Shown here: piece by piece, positions 63,299 through 64,000 of the stretch | Layout of the letters: each line of letters opens with the position of its first letter | Numbering within the stretch: the stretch's first letter is position 1 | Origin: Octopus bimaculoides | Taxonomy: Eukaryota | Direction: 5' to 3' | Assembly (NCBI RefSeq): GCF_001194135.2 | Contig: NC_068987.1 | Span: forward strand, 28,003,019-28,067,018 | DNA length: 64,000 nt | Notes under the pieces: model-generated | What the model saw: only the letters and a program-made list of their open reading frames with translations | The model's database searches: none | Told to the model about the DNA's origin: nothing | Made by a program: the position numbers and the translations under genes

Positions 63299-64000
63299 CA
63301 GTGACTGAGTATATTAAGAAATACTTGGTGACAGTATTAGGTTACATAGAAAACATTCTAGTCACCTATATAGCTGATTTTATTGTGTGGAAAGTTGTTA
63401 TCCCTCAGTACTTGAAACACAGAGCTTCTATGTGCCTGCTTAATCTGTTAGAAATGACAGTGAAATCTCCCTTAAATCACACCACTGCCAATTATGATTA
63501 TATTGGACAATGTAACTTTTGATGAATATATAAAAATGTGAAATGGTCAAGAGAGGAATGCTTTTGATTATAAGTCAACTGGATGTGGGCTGACCTGAGG
63601 TTAAACAACACCAACAACAGCAATATCATTTCCAGCCACATGTAAAGATTTGTAAAAAAGAGAAGATTACAGAGTTTTCAAGTTATTAGTCATACGTAAA
63701 TTTGCATATAGGATTTGCATTTGATGTAATTCAGCTTCATATCCAGACACACCAATCAATTTGGAATCATATTTTTACATATTAAGATTATTACAAAATT
63801 TCTGTTGACTGAGACAAGTTTTGCTTGATTGTTTATTGAGCCACAACACATTGTATAATAATTTTGTCATTACTTTTAGTAATCATTCTGATATTTGTCT
63901 TAAAGTTACTTTAATAATATAGCTTAAATTAGCTTCTAGTTTCACAGAATTTTAATTTTGTTTTTTATTTTGATATTTACTTTGTTTTATATTATCATTT

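Overview
AT-rich eukaryotic non-coding DNA with about 17 N-gaps, most flanked by (TA)n tracts. The repeat make-up suggests an octopod cephalopod (Octopus-like) intron or intergenic region; this is inference, and nothing in the window looks prokaryotic. No intact protein-coding gene is supported, and nearly all long ORFs in the track are microsatellite or N-run artefacts. The window contains: at least four tRNA-headed SINE families (working names A-D); decayed RTE LINEs; three Tc1/mariner transposase fossils (DD37D/maT-like, DD41D/rosa-like, mariner-like); a mariner-type MITE family; a tiny Tc1 MITE; a Helitron PIF1-helicase remnant; and a Helentron/DINE-like insertion. The main unexplained signal is a set of minimal type-I hammerhead-ribozyme (HHR)-like motifs (CUGANGA...GAAAC, several with palindromic helix III) in at least four unrelated repeats. 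One lies inside a tRNA-headed SINE and one in a long inverted repeat resembling Penelope-like terminal repeats. All folds were drawn by eye and none is shown to cleave. Family names and coordinates are by-eye estimates.
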